From Syntrophales bacterium (GTDB lineage: Bacteria; Desulfobacterota; Syntrophia; Syntrophales; UBA8958): a stretch of DNA of 64,000 nucleotides. The DNA lies in contig DAORXN010000001.1 in the NCBI GenBank assembly GCA_035358955.1, forward strand, positions 130,403 to 194,402, given 5' to 3'. The notes under the pieces are model-generated. The model did no database searches, was not told the origin of the DNA, and was given only the letters and a program-made list of their open reading frames with translations. Below, piece by piece: positions 35,905 to 45,400 of this stretch (its first letter is position 1; each line of letters opens with the position of its first letter). Made by a program: the position numbers and the translations under genes.

Positions 35905-37149
35905 ATGAGTTTTCGCAAAACATGGATCGCTTTTTTTGTTCTGGCTTGTTTTTTAGTTTTTGGAGGGCCAGTTGCGGCCGATGAAATCGTGGTCGGCTTC
36001 AGCGGTCCCCTCAGTGGTCCGGCCGCCGAATACGGTCAGGACATCCTCTTTGGCGTAGACCTGGCGGTGAAGGAGATCAATGCGGCGGGGGGTATCACCG
36101 TGGGCGGCAAAAAGTACACGTTCCGATTGGAAAAGTTGGACGACCGGGTGGATCCTACGCAGGCCACCAATAACGCCCGCCGTTTCAAGGCCAACGGTGC
36201 CGTAGCCGTATTTAACGGCGTATTTACCACCATCGCCCCCCTGCTCAAGATCAATCAGGAGAAAGGGCAGGAATTCATCGTGATGTCTTATACGAGCACG
36301 CCCAAAGTTACGGAACTCGGCAATAAGTTGATGGTTAACACGACCGTGACCTTCACCCCTTACGTGGAAGTTTTTTCCGATTGGGCCCTGAAGAAAGGTT
36401 GGAAGAGATTGGGCATGCTCGTGACCTTGGGAGCCTACGGCGAGGAGTGGAGGCACACCTTTAGAGACGTGTGGACCAAGAAAGGCGGGATCGTAACGGC
36501 CGATAAGCCCGCCAATTACTACGTGGAAACCGATTTTTCCGCCCCGATTACGGCGGTACTGGCCACGAAGCCGGATGTGTTGCTCATCGGCGGTCCTTCG
36601 GCCACCACGGCCCTCGTCATCGAACAACTTAGGTCTATGGGCTTCAAGGGCGGACTCATCATGGTGGATCAGGCAAAGCAAGACTACATTGCCCAAATCC
36701 TGAAAGGCTCGACGATTATGGGCGATTTAATCGGAACAGCAGGCGTTGACAGCTTACCTGGTCCGGCTTCGGTACCCTTCGAGAAGAAGTTTCGGTCGGC
36801 CTATAAGAGGATGGTAACCTGGGAATGTGCCCTAAACTATGATGCGATGCATGCCTTGGCCAAGGCCATCGCCGCGGCCGGTACTACCACGGACATTTAC
36901 AAGATTAGGGCTTCTTTCCCCAAGGCATTCCCGCTTCTCGCGGATCATTATCCGGCCGAATGCCATGGTATAAACGAACAGGGACGGATGTTCTTCCCCT
37001 GCTCGATCCAGACGATTACGAAGGGCAAGCGGGATCCTTCAGGCCTTTACTACTGGTGGCCAAAGACCCAGCAGGAGTTCCAGAAGTACAAAAACGAATC
37101 CAAGATTGCCAAGGGCGTTTCGCACGTGTGGTTGAAGGTAGCCTTTTAA
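35905..37149 (+). CDS. ABC transporter substrate-binding protein, LivK/branched-chain amino-acid type
   Basis: Signal peptide, then IVVGFSGPLSGPAAEYGQ, typical of Peripla_BP_6. ATG 35905 lies 8 nt after AGGAGG. Confidence 0.9.
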   Translation: MSFRKTWIAFFVLACFLVFGGPVAADEIVVGFSGPLSGPAAEYGQDILFGVDLAVKEINAAGGITVGGKKYTFRLEKLDDRVDPTQATNNARRFKANGAVAVFNGVFTTIAPLLKINQEKGQEFIVMSYTSTPKVTELGNKLMVNTTVTFTPYVEVFSDWALKKGWKRLGMLVTLGAYGEEWRHTFRDVWTKKGGIVTADKPANYYVETDFSAPITAVLATKPDVLLIGGPSATTALVIEQLRSMGFKGGLIMVDQAKQDYIAQILKGSTIMGDLIGTAGVDSLPGPASVPFEKKFRSAYKRMVTWECALNYDAMHALAKAIAAAGTTTDIYKIRASFPKAFPLLADHYPAECHGINEQGRMFFPCSIQTITKGKRDPSGLYYWWPKTQQEFQKYKNESKIAKGVSHVWLKVAF

Positions 37150-37177
37150 AAGGTAAAAAGGTTCCGATTCTTTACGG

Positions 37178-37209
37178 GGGAAGGCCGGAAATGACCTTCC
37201 CTTTTTTTA
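37178..37209 (+). terminator. intrinsic terminator
   Basis: GGGAAGG-10-nt loop-CCTTCCC followed by T7. Confidence 0.8.
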
Positions 37210-37233
37210 TTTACCCTATGGTTTAAGTCTACC

Positions 37234-37262
37234 TTTACTTTTTCTCCCTTGGGTGCCATAAT
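37234..37262 (+). promoter_or_regulatory. sigma70-like promoter TTTACT-17 nt-CATAAT with TGn
   Basis: -35 at 37234-37239, TG at 37254-37255 and -10 at 37257-37262, about 40 nt before the ATG at 37304. Confidence 0.35.
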
Positions 37263-37303
37263 ACATCCGCACCAAAAAATTCTTTAAAAGGGGGGTTTTC
37301 GGT

Positions 37304-38380
37304 ATGAACAAGCGTTCCTTTGTTTTGACTTGGGTATGGGCGTTGGTTTTCGTTTTGTCTTTTTCTTTGACTGCTTTGGCCAAGGGGCCAGAAAAGGGAC
37401 CTCAGCCGGGGATGGTCAATACCGTTCTGGGCCCTGTCTCAGCGGAAAAGCTGGGTACGACCCTGATGCATGAGCATTTTGCCTTTGCCTATCCCGGTTG
37501 GTTTGCGGATGTCACCATGTATCCTGAGGATTGGAAAGCGGCTTACAAAACGGGGCTTAAGGTCATCAAAGCGGCGAAGGCCGTGGGCATCAAGACCATT
37601 GTCGATGCCACGCCGAATGATACGGGCGGTAGAAACCCGGCCCTGTATAAGAAGTTGGCCCAGGCAACGGGCATTAATATCGTTTGTTCCACTGGTCTTT
37701 ATACAGAACACGAAGGCTCGCCTGCTTACTGGAAGACGCGGGTCATCTGGGGCACCGATATATCCCAGCTCATCTCCGAGATGTTCATTCGGGAGATAAC
37801 CGTGGGGATTGGCAAGACGGGAGTTAAGGCGGGGGTCATCAAGGTGGGGTCGAGCCCGGAGATGACCAAGTACGAGGAAGCAGTCCACAAGGCGGCGGCC
37901 ATGGCGCAGAAAGCGACCGGCGTGCCCATCATTACCCACACGGAAGGTCCGAAGGGTGGTGTAGAACAGGCCGATTTCCTCCTCCGTGAAGGAGCAGACC
38001 CCAAGAAAGTGGTTATCGGCCATGTCTCCAACTCGCGGGACGTGGAATATCACAAGGCCATATTGGCCAAAGGGGTTTACATTGCCTTCGATCGCATAGG
38101 TTTGGATATTATTACCCCGACGGACGTAATTGTGAAGAATATAGCGACTCTCTGCAAGGAAGGCTATGCCAATCGCATCCTCCTTTCCCACGATACGGTC
38201 AATTATTGGCTGGGGAGGCCCATCTCTGTGCCGGACAAGTATTTGAAAGCCTTTGAAAATTGGCGCATCGATCACATCTCGAAAAATGTGATCCCCATGC
38301 TGAAGGCCGAGGGCGTTACGGATGAGCAGATAAAAACGATGATGGTAGACAACCCGCGGAATGTGTTTCTCGGGAAGTGA
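37304..38380 (+). CDS. phosphotriesterase-family (PTE/PHP, amidohydrolase fold) protein with Sec-type signal peptide
   Basis: TLMHEH metal motif, downstream H...H...D pattern, 358 aa. N-terminal MNKRSFVLTWVWALVFVLSFSLTALA. Confidence 0.88.
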   Translation: MNKRSFVLTWVWALVFVLSFSLTALAKGPEKGPQPGMVNTVLGPVSAEKLGTTLMHEHFAFAYPGWFADVTMYPEDWKAAYKTGLKVIKAAKAVGIKTIVDATPNDTGGRNPALYKKLAQATGINIVCSTGLYTEHEGSPAYWKTRVIWGTDISQLISEMFIREITVGIGKTGVKAGVIKVGSSPEMTKYEEAVHKAAAMAQKATGVPIITHTEGPKGGVEQADFLLREGADPKKVVIGHVSNSRDVEYHKAILAKGVYIAFDRIGLDIITPTDVIVKNIATLCKEGYANRILLSHDTVNYWLGRPISVPDKYLKAFENWRIDHISKNVIPMLKAEGVTDEQIKTMMVDNPRNVFLGK

Positions 38381-38420
38381 TTTTAATTTGCTTTTTCTGG
38401 TGATTTAAGGTAGTTGATTA

Positions 38421-38496
38421 AAAGGCAGGGGTGCCCTGCAGGGGCTGAGAGAGACCCTTTGAACCTGAACCGGGTAATACCGGCGTAGGGAGCCAC
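38421..38496 (+). promoter_or_regulatory. TPP (THI-box) riboswitch aptamer
   Basis: GGGGTGC...GCTGAGA...ACCCTTTGAACCTGAACCGGGTAATACCGGCGTAGGGA matches the conserved TPP aptamer core. Lies directly upstream of thiC. Confidence 0.9.
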
Positions 38497-38567
38497 GTGA
38501 CCTGAGCAATCTGGGGCGTACTCTCTAAGGGTGGAGGGTGCGCCCTTTTTATAAGGGGTGAACGTTT

Positions 38568-39863
38568 ATGACCCAATTGGAAAAGGCGAGAAAGGGGATT
38601 ATAACGGAAGAAATGGAGGCCTGCGCCCGGGCTGAGGGGGTTTCCCCCGAGTATATCCGTCAGGGCGTCTCTCAAGGGACGATCGTCATCGTAAGAAACA
38701 AACGCCACTTGCAAGTAACCCCCTTGGCCATTGGCCAGGGACTTCGCACGAAGGTTAATGCCAACATCGGTACTTCTAAAGATCGGGTGGATATCGATCT
38801 GGAACTCAAGAAAGTGGCCGTCTGTGTGGAAGCCAAGGCCGATGCCATCATGGATCTCTCCACCGGGGGTGATTTGAGGAAGATCCGCCAAACCATCATG
38901 GAGGCTTCTCCCCTCGTAATCGGAACGGTACCCATCTATCAGGCGGCCGTCAACGTCCTCGCAGAGGGCAGGTCCATGAAGGAAATGACGGCCGAGGATA
39001 TCTTTCGCGTTATCGAAGAGCACGGGGAAGACGGGGTGGATTTCATTACGGTCCATTGTGGGGTGACTAAAAGGAGCGTGGCCGCCCTTACGGGTGGAAA
39101 ACGCCTCCTGGGCATTGTCAGTCGAGGAGGGTCTATTCTTGCCAACTGGATGGCCTGCACGGGGCAAGAAAATCCCCTTTACGAAAAGTACGATAAGTTG
39201 CTCGAGATTGCAAGGCGCTACGATATGGTCTTGAGCCTGGGTGACGGGCTCAGACCAGGTTGCATCGCCGATGCGACCGATCGAGGCCAGATCCAGGAAT
39301 TGATCACCCTGGGAGAACTGGCCAAGAGGGCCAAGGCGGCGGGGGTACAGGTTATGATTGAGGGACCCGGTCACGTCCCCCTTAAGGAGATAGAAGCCAA
39401 CATCCTACTGGAGAAAACCCTGTGCGAGGGAGCGCCCTTTTACGTCCTCGGGCCTCTCCCGACGGATATCGCCGCCGGTTACGACCATATTGCCTGTGCC
39501 ATTGGCGGGGCTCTGGCGGCCGCAGCCGGGGCCGATTTCCTATGTTACGTAACCCCCTCGGAACACCTGAGATTACCGACCCTGGCCGATGTTAGGGAAG
39601 GTATTATTGCCGCAAGAATTGCGGCCCATATTGCCGATCTGGCCAAGGGCCTTCCCGGCGCGAGGCAAAAGGATGATCAAATGGCCCGTTGTCGCCGTGA
39701 TTTCAACTGGGAAGGCCAAATAGAGGCGGCGATCGATCCTGTAAGGGCCCGGGAGCTACTGGAGAAAACGGAAATTGGGCAAGAAGAAGGGTGCACCATG
39801 TGCGGTGACCTCTGCGCCATCAAACTCAATCGTCAAGCTTCACTCCGGCATGAAGGTAAGTAA
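38568..39863 (+). CDS. thiC: phosphomethylpyrimidine synthase
   Basis: 431-aa short-form ThiC with conserved blocks (IGTVPIYQA, DFITVHCG, SRGGS, MIEGPGH) and a C-terminal CTMCGDLC cluster. Confidence 0.96.
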   Translation: MTQLEKARKGIITEEMEACARAEGVSPEYIRQGVSQGTIVIVRNKRHLQVTPLAIGQGLRTKVNANIGTSKDRVDIDLELKKVAVCVEAKADAIMDLSTGGDLRKIRQTIMEASPLVIGTVPIYQAAVNVLAEGRSMKEMTAEDIFRVIEEHGEDGVDFITVHCGVTKRSVAALTGGKRLLGIVSRGGSILANWMACTGQENPLYEKYDKLLEIARRYDMVLSLGDGLRPGCIADATDRGQIQELITLGELAKRAKAAGVQVMIEGPGHVPLKEIEANILLEKTLCEGAPFYVLGPLPTDIAAGYDHIACAIGGALAAAAGADFLCYVTPSEHLRLPTLADVREGIIAARIAAHIADLAKGLPGARQKDDQMARCRRDFNWEGQIEAAIDPVRARELLEKTEIGQEEGCTMCGDLCAIKLNRQASLRHEGK

Positions 39864-40548
39864 TGCCCGGGAAGAGGGCATACTGCTGGATTTTCTCGAA
39901 ACCCACTTGGTGCATGGATTTTTTGAATTCCCCCGGCGATGGGAACTGAAGGATAGAATTTACCAGATAGTCATAGGCGGATGGGTTGGGGGACAGAAAC
40001 CGGGCTCCTACTTTGAGTATTGTTCGGCTGTAGAGGTGAAATAAGAGCCGGGGCAAAAAATGGGGTGGGTTATGCATTTCGAGAATGAACACTTCTCCCC
40101 CCATCTTCAAGACTCGCTTTAACTCTCTTAAGGCCTCCGAGATAGGGCTCATATTTCTTATCCCGAAGGCCACGGTTACGGCATCGAATCTATTCTCCGG
40201 AAACGGCAGTTTCAGGGCATCGGCCCGGATAAGTTTTATCTTTTGAGAAAGCCCTCTACTGCTCAACTTTTCCCGGGCTATTTTTAGCATGGGCCAAGAG
40301 AAATCGGCCCCGATTATTAAAAGCTGGGGATGGGCGCGCACAAGGGCAAGGGCGAGGTCTCCCGTTCCGCTGGCCATATCGAGGACGATGCCCTGGGGGT
40401 AAGCTTTTACATGTTTTGTCACGAATTTCCGCCAGTAGAAATCGCACCCCAAGCTCAGGACGTGGTTCAGCACATCGTAACGATGATGGATGGAAGAAAA
40501 GATTTCCTTCACCAATCGGCGATGCTCCGTGGGGGGATAATCCTTCAT
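39826..40548 (-). CDS. ubiE: demethylmenaquinone/ubiquinone C-methyltransferase
   Basis: YDVLNHVLSLG motif and SAM motif LDMASGTGD. ATG 40548 overlaps the tkt stop (ATGA). The ORF-track extension to 40788 lies inside tkt. Confidence 0.9.
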   Translation of the reverse strand: MKDYPPTEHRRLVKEIFSSIHHRYDVLNHVLSLGCDFYWRKFVTKHVKAYPQGIVLDMASGTGDLALALVRAHPQLLIIGADFSWPMLKIAREKLSSRGLSQKIKLIRADALKLPFPENRFDAVTVAFGIRNMSPISEALRELKRVLKMGGEVFILEMHNPPHFLPRLLFHLYSRTILKVGARFLSPNPSAYDYLVNSILQFPSPGEFKKSMHQVGFEKIQQYALFPGITYLHAGVKLDD

Positions 40549-42602
40549 CTTTTTAGCAGGTCTTTGGCCGTTTCTACTACCCGTGCCACCGTGAAGCCGA
40601 ACTTTTCCTGGAGCACGGTGTAGGGGGCACTTGCCCCGAAATGGTCCAGGCTGATGATCTTGCCCTCCGGTCCCACGTACCTTTCCCACCCGAGAGAAAT
40701 CCCGGCCTCGATGGCCACCCTCGCCTTTACCGCGGGTGGTAAGACCTGATTCCGGTATGCTTCCGGCTGCCTTGCGAAGAGCTCCCATGAGGGCAGGGAC
40801 ACCACTCGTACGCGGATCGACTCGGAGGCGAGTTTCTGCCCCGCCTGGAGGGCAAGGGCCACTTCTGAACCGGTGGCGATGAGGATCACCAGTGGAGTCA
40901 AGGTGGAAGAATCCCAGAGCACGTAACCGCCGAGGTGAAGACCGTGGGCCGGAGACAGGGATTTTCTATCCAGGGCTGGGACGTCTTGGCGCGTGAAGAT
41001 AAGGGCCGTGGGTCCCTGTCGGTTCCGTAGGGCAGCATGCCAGGCCTCTTTTGCTTCTTCTGCATCGGCAGGACGAATGACGGTCAGATTAGGTATCGAG
41101 CGGAGATTCATGATCTGTTCCACCGGTTGGTGGGTGGGTCCGTCTTCCCCGACGCAGAAACTGTCATGGGTAAAAACGTATATAACGGGCAGATTCATGA
41201 GCGCGGCGAGTCTGATGGCGGGCTTCATGTAATCAGCGAAGGTGAGGAAGGTGGCCCCATAAGGGATAATGCCCCCATGAAGGGCAAGACCGCCGATAAA
41301 GGCAGCCATCGCATGTTCCCGCACGCCGAAATGGAAGTTTCGGCCTCCGTAATGCCATCCTCCCCCCACTTCCCCGGCGATGGGTTTATGGTGCGGATCG
41401 GGTCGCTGAAAATCTCCATACCCTTTAAGCCACGTAAGACAGGATGGATTCAAGTCTGCGGAACCTCCCATCAATTCCGGCAAGGACCCGGCCAAGGCCT
41501 GAAGGACAGTCTCCGATACCTTACGGGTAGAGGTGGGTTGGTCAACGCGGGGTAGTTGGGAGATGGCCGCCTCCCAATTCGCTGGCAGTTTTCCTGCCAT
41601 TCGGCGTTCGAATTCTGATGCCTCTTCGGGATACCTTTTTTTGTATTCTCCCAAGATTTCTAACCATTTACGGCGATAAGTTTGGCCCCTTTTCCTTAAG
41701 CGGGAAAGGTAATGGGTTACTTCCTGGGGCACATAAAAAGCGGCTTCTGACGGCCAGCCTAACCTTCTCTTCGTTTCGCGCAATTCTTCCTCTCCGAGGG
41801 GTGCCCCGTGGGCTAAATGCGACCCTTCCTTATTAGGGGCGCCGAAGCCGATTAGCGTTTTTATTCTGATGAGACTGGGACGGCGCTTGTCCTTCTTTGC
41901 CGTAATCAAGGCTTGGTTGACGGCTTCTATATCGTTTCCTTCTCGCACGGTGATGACCTGCCAGTGGCGGGCTTTGAATAAGAGGTCAAGGTCGTCTGTA
42001 AAGGAGAGGGCTGTAGAACCGGCGAGAGAAACGCCGTTGTCATCGTACAGGACGATGAGTTTTCCCAACCCCAGGTGCCCCGCCAGGGAACAGGCCTCGA
42101 GGGTAACCCCCTCCATGAGGTCCCCATCACTCGCCAGAACGTAAGTATAGTGATTGACCAGGGCAAGGTCGGGTTTGTTGAATAGGGTGGCGAGGTGCGC
42201 TTCGGCCGCGGCCACGCCTACCGCGTGACTAAAACCTTGGCCCAGAGGGCCGGTGGTCATTTCTACTCCCGGTGGATGGCATCTTTCCGGATGCCCCGGG
42301 GTTTTGCTTCCCCACTGGCGGAAAGATTTTATGTCTTCCAGGGTTAAATCGTAGCCCCATAAGTGCAGAAGGGCGTAAAGGAGCATAGAGGCATGCCCGG
42401 CGGAAAGTATAAATCGGTCCCGATCCGGCCAGAAGGGATCTTCTGGATCGTGCTTAAGATGCCTTGACCACAAGGTAAAGGCCGCCGTAGCCGCTCCCAT
42501 AGGCATTCCTGGGTGCCCGGATTTCGCTTTTTCAACGGCATCGCAGGCAAGAAATCGAATGGTGTTTACGCATAGCTGGTCGAGTTTTTTGTCATATTTC
42601 AT
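40545..42602 (-). CDS. tkt: transketolase
   Basis: 685 aa with SGHPGMPMG, a GDG...E TPP motif (ASDGDLMEG) and THDS...GEDGPTHQ. Confidence 0.96.
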   Translation of the reverse strand: MKYDKKLDQLCVNTIRFLACDAVEKAKSGHPGMPMGAATAAFTLWSRHLKHDPEDPFWPDRDRFILSAGHASMLLYALLHLWGYDLTLEDIKSFRQWGSKTPGHPERCHPPGVEMTTGPLGQGFSHAVGVAAAEAHLATLFNKPDLALVNHYTYVLASDGDLMEGVTLEACSLAGHLGLGKLIVLYDDNGVSLAGSTALSFTDDLDLLFKARHWQVITVREGNDIEAVNQALITAKKDKRRPSLIRIKTLIGFGAPNKEGSHLAHGAPLGEEELRETKRRLGWPSEAAFYVPQEVTHYLSRLRKRGQTYRRKWLEILGEYKKRYPEEASEFERRMAGKLPANWEAAISQLPRVDQPTSTRKVSETVLQALAGSLPELMGGSADLNPSCLTWLKGYGDFQRPDPHHKPIAGEVGGGWHYGGRNFHFGVREHAMAAFIGGLALHGGIIPYGATFLTFADYMKPAIRLAALMNLPVIYVFTHDSFCVGEDGPTHQPVEQIMNLRSIPNLTVIRPADAEEAKEAWHAALRNRQGPTALIFTRQDVPALDRKSLSPAHGLHLGGYVLWDSSTLTPLVILIATGSEVALALQAGQKLASESIRVRVVSLPSWELFARQPEAYRNQVLPPAVKARVAIEAGISLGWERYVGPEGKIISLDHFGASAPYTVLQEKFGFTVARVVETAKDLLKR

Positions 42603-44535
42603 TACGGTTTTCCCCTTTGAAGTGAAATCTTATTTTCTTCCCGATGAACCATATTGCGCCTCCCAAAACGAGCATAGCGATTAAGAGGGCGACAAGTATG
42701 CCCCAGGTAATGAAAGTAGCCCCCCGGAAAAATTCGACGGGATGAAAGGAGGCATGGATGGTGATCCTCCCTTCGGGGTTTCGGTAGCGGAGAGGGACAT
42801 CGGGGATGCCATTTCCGTTTGTGTCGGGACAGCTCTTCAAGAACATGGTGAGGGCGACCCATTCTTTTAGCTCCGTCTGACCGTAAGGAGTGTTCATTTG
42901 CACGATGCCATCTTCTACTTTTTTTATAACGTTTCCCCTTCTATCTTTGGGCGTCATGGCGAGGAGTCCGTGGGAGACGCGATTTATGTACTCCACCATC
43001 TGGGCTGAATAGTAGTTCATTCCTACCCGGTAGAGGCGGTCGGGAATGACATCCCGATAATTACCGTCCGGCTCTTCGAGCTTAATCGACACGACGCGAT
43101 CGAAGGGCGGGCGATAGGGATTGTAGCTCAATCTTGCCCCGGCCATTTGGAGATGGGCATCTCTTTTGAACCGGGAGACGGTAGTTTCTATTTCCATTAA
43201 TCGCTTTATCTCCCGTCCGGATAGATAAGTGGTCAAGAGCGGATAGCCGGGCAATCCATCCGGCCCCAGCCCCAAAGAGAGCACCCGAAAGACGTCATCG
43301 GTCGAGATGTTTCCCTGAAAGAAAGAAGAACGGATCATGCCCAGAGGCTGGATGACCAAATGCACGTGGACGTACTTTTCCCCCTCTGCTTTCTTGATGG
43401 CATAGCGAAAGGCGTCGGTGATTAAATTGCCGAGCCCCGTCTCCCCTCGGCGGGCGTAAGCCTGATTGAGCGTTTCCGTGTGATAGTTGATCTCCCCTAC
43501 TATCCCGTCGTATTTCAAGCCGTAAGCGGATAGGAAGTTCTCTTGGATCGATTGTTTGAATCGTCCGATCATTTTGGCAATGCGATGATCGGCCGGGATC
43601 TCCTCCGTGATGGGGATGAGGTGGTAGGCCTTCAGGCGGTGACCTGGCGCTTCCCCGACGGAAAGTTTCATTACCCCCAGATATTCTCCGTAACGCCCCG
43701 CCGAGGCAATGACGGTACGGCCCAGAACAAGGGGTTGAGCCAGTAGGGTATGGGTGTGACCGCTTACGATAACATCGATCTCTGGAACTTTCCGGGCCAG
43801 TTGCTCATCTTCCGAGTGGGATTTATCGGGGGAAGTGCCGGAATGGGAAAGGCAGATAATCAAATCGACCTGTTCCTTTTCTTTCAACACCTTTACCATT
43901 TCTCTTGCCGCTTCCACGGGATCGGTGAACTTTACGGGACGGGCAAACGGGGCGTCATCTCTCGCATCTTTACCCATGAGACCGAAGAGGCCTATTTTTA
44001 CCCCCCCTTTTTTTATGACCACGTATTTTTTTATGGGATAACTTTCCACCATCTCTCTTAGCTTTTGGTCTCGCTTGTGGGGTGGGCCGAAAGACATGTT
44101 AGAGGCAACGATAGTGGGCGGGTAAGGAACGCAATCTTTGACCACTTTCAAGGCTTCTGCCAGCCCGTCCGGGTGAAAATCGAAATCGTGGTTACCCAAG
44201 GTCAGGGCATCGTATCCCATCTCTGACATGAGCATGAGCTCGGCGGCTTTGCTTTTATACAGGGTGTGGAAAAGGGTGCCCATGCTGAAATCGCCCGCAT
44301 CGACGAGGAGGACGTTTTCCCCGTGTTGGGCCCGATAGTTTTTTATGAGGGTGGCAATCTGCGCATATCCACCCCGCCAACGGATGCCTCCACTGCCTTC
44401 GGTGCGGTGGGGCAGGAAATAGGAGTGAAGGTCGTGGGTAAATAAGACGACGATTTCCGGCGGCGGCTGACCGAACGATATTTGTCCCCATAGAATTAAT
44501 CCGACCACGAAAAAGGGGATGATGGTTTTTTTCAC
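42592..44535 (-). CDS. bifunctional metallophosphatase / 5'-nucleotidase (UshA-like) with signal peptide and C-terminal TM anchor
   Basis: HDLHS, DAGDF, GNHDFD and GHTH motifs. The GTG 44535 start (MKKTIIPFFVV...) follows a GGTGAGG SD. C-terminal hydrophobic helix. Confidence 0.88.
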   Translation of the reverse strand: MKKTIIPFFVVGLILWGQISFGQPPPEIVVLFTHDLHSYFLPHRTEGSGGIRWRGGYAQIATLIKNYRAQHGENVLLVDAGDFSMGTLFHTLYKSKAAELMLMSEMGYDALTLGNHDFDFHPDGLAEALKVVKDCVPYPPTIVASNMSFGPPHKRDQKLREMVESYPIKKYVVIKKGGVKIGLFGLMGKDARDDAPFARPVKFTDPVEAAREMVKVLKEKEQVDLIICLSHSGTSPDKSHSEDEQLARKVPEIDVIVSGHTHTLLAQPLVLGRTVIASAGRYGEYLGVMKLSVGEAPGHRLKAYHLIPITEEIPADHRIAKMIGRFKQSIQENFLSAYGLKYDGIVGEINYHTETLNQAYARRGETGLGNLITDAFRYAIKKAEGEKYVHVHLVIQPLGMIRSSFFQGNISTDDVFRVLSLGLGPDGLPGYPLLTTYLSGREIKRLMEIETTVSRFKRDAHLQMAGARLSYNPYRPPFDRVVSIKLEEPDGNYRDVIPDRLYRVGMNYYSAQMVEYINRVSHGLLAMTPKDRRGNVIKKVEDGIVQMNTPYGQTELKEWVALTMFLKSCPDTNGNGIPDVPLRYRNPEGRITIHASFHPVEFFRGATFITWGILVALLIAMLVLGGAIWFIGKKIRFHFKGENRNEI

Positions 44536-44556
44536 GTCTGACCTCACCGGGGAAAT

Positions 44557-44591
44557 GAAAATCCCTCCCCGCTCCGGGGAGGGATTTTTTA
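44557..44591 (-). terminator. intrinsic terminator after the enoyl-CoA hydratase gene
   Basis: ATCCCTCCCC-GCTCC-GGGGAGGGAT. On the minus strand it is followed by TTTTCATTT. Confidence 0.75.
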
Positions 44592-44620
44592 TACCAGAAG
44601 TTTGACGTTTGGGAAAAATT

Positions 44621-45400
44621 TTATCTTCCCTTGAAGACCGGTTTTCTCTTCTCGAGAAAGGCCCGGGAACCTTCTTTGAAGTCTTCGGAAAACTGGAGCG
44701 CTTTACTGGCCGCCCGTTCTATCCCTAAGACGCCAGCCCTTATGTTGGTTTCCATCCCTAATTTTACGGCCTTCATAATCTCCCTCTGGGCAAGCGGAGC
44801 GCCGTCGGCGAGCCTCTTCGCCAGTGCCTTGGCCTCTTCGAGTACCTTGTCCTGGGGCACGACTTTGTTGAGCAGGCCGCGATTGTAGGCCTCTTGGGCG
44901 GACATGAAGTCACCCGTGAGCATCAGTTCCAGGGCCTTCGTTTGCCCAATGATTCTCGGCAGCCTCTGCGTTCCTCCCCAGCCAGGATTGAGGCCCAGTT
45001 TTACCTCCGGCAGGCCACAGGTGGCTGTTTCGGACATGATGCGTAGATGGCAGACACAGGCAAGTTCCAGCCCTCCACCATATGCACCCCCATTGATGGC
45101 GGCGATGATTACCTTGGGATAATTCTCGATCTTGAAGTAAATTTCGTTGCCGTCGTACTTGGGAACTTTTCCCGCCTGAAGTTCGGCAAATTCGGTGATG
45201 TCGGCCCCGGCGGAGAAAAATCTCCCTGAACCGGTAATGATGATGACCCTTACGCTGTCGTCGTTTTCGCATTTATCCAGGAGATCGTTCAGATCTCTCA
45301 AAACGCCCTGCCCCATGGCATTGGCTGGCGGATGATTGATCGCTGCCGTCACAACCATGCCCTCCTGCTCCACGATCAGCTTTTCATAGTTGAACTCCAT
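44621..45400 (-). CDS. enoyl-CoA hydratase/isomerase (crotonase family)
   Basis: 259 aa with FSAGADI and GGGLELA oxyanion-hole motifs. AGGAGG SD. Confidence 0.92.
   Translation of the reverse strand: MEFNYEKLIVEQEGMVVTAAINHPPANAMGQGVLRDLNDLLDKCENDDSVRVIIITGSGRFFSAGADITEFAELQAGKVPKYDGNEIYFKIENYPKVIIAAINGGAYGGGLELACVCHLRIMSETATCGLPEVKLGLNPGWGGTQRLPRIIGQTKALELMLTGDFMSAQEAYNRGLLNKVVPQDKVLEEAKALAKRLADGAPLAQREIMKAVKLGMETNIRAGVLGIERAASKALQFSEDFKEGSRAFLEKRKPVFKGR

Noticed and set aside
38418-39374. 318-aa minus-strand ORF covering the TPP riboswitch and the first 800 nt of thiC.
   Set aside because: It is antisense to an unmistakable ThiC sequence and runs through a conserved riboswitch. Its Arg/Gly/Pro/His-rich composition is typical of shadow frames in GC-rich coding DNA. 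It has no SD.
40549-40788. N-terminal extensions implied by the longest ORFs for ubiE/menG (to 40788), bioF (to 12753), the SPFH gene (from 13415), the flavoprotein (to 19215) and others.
   Set aside because: The extensions lie inside upstream genes or lack an SD. Internal starts give ATGA overlaps or good SDs, and N-termini that match the families.
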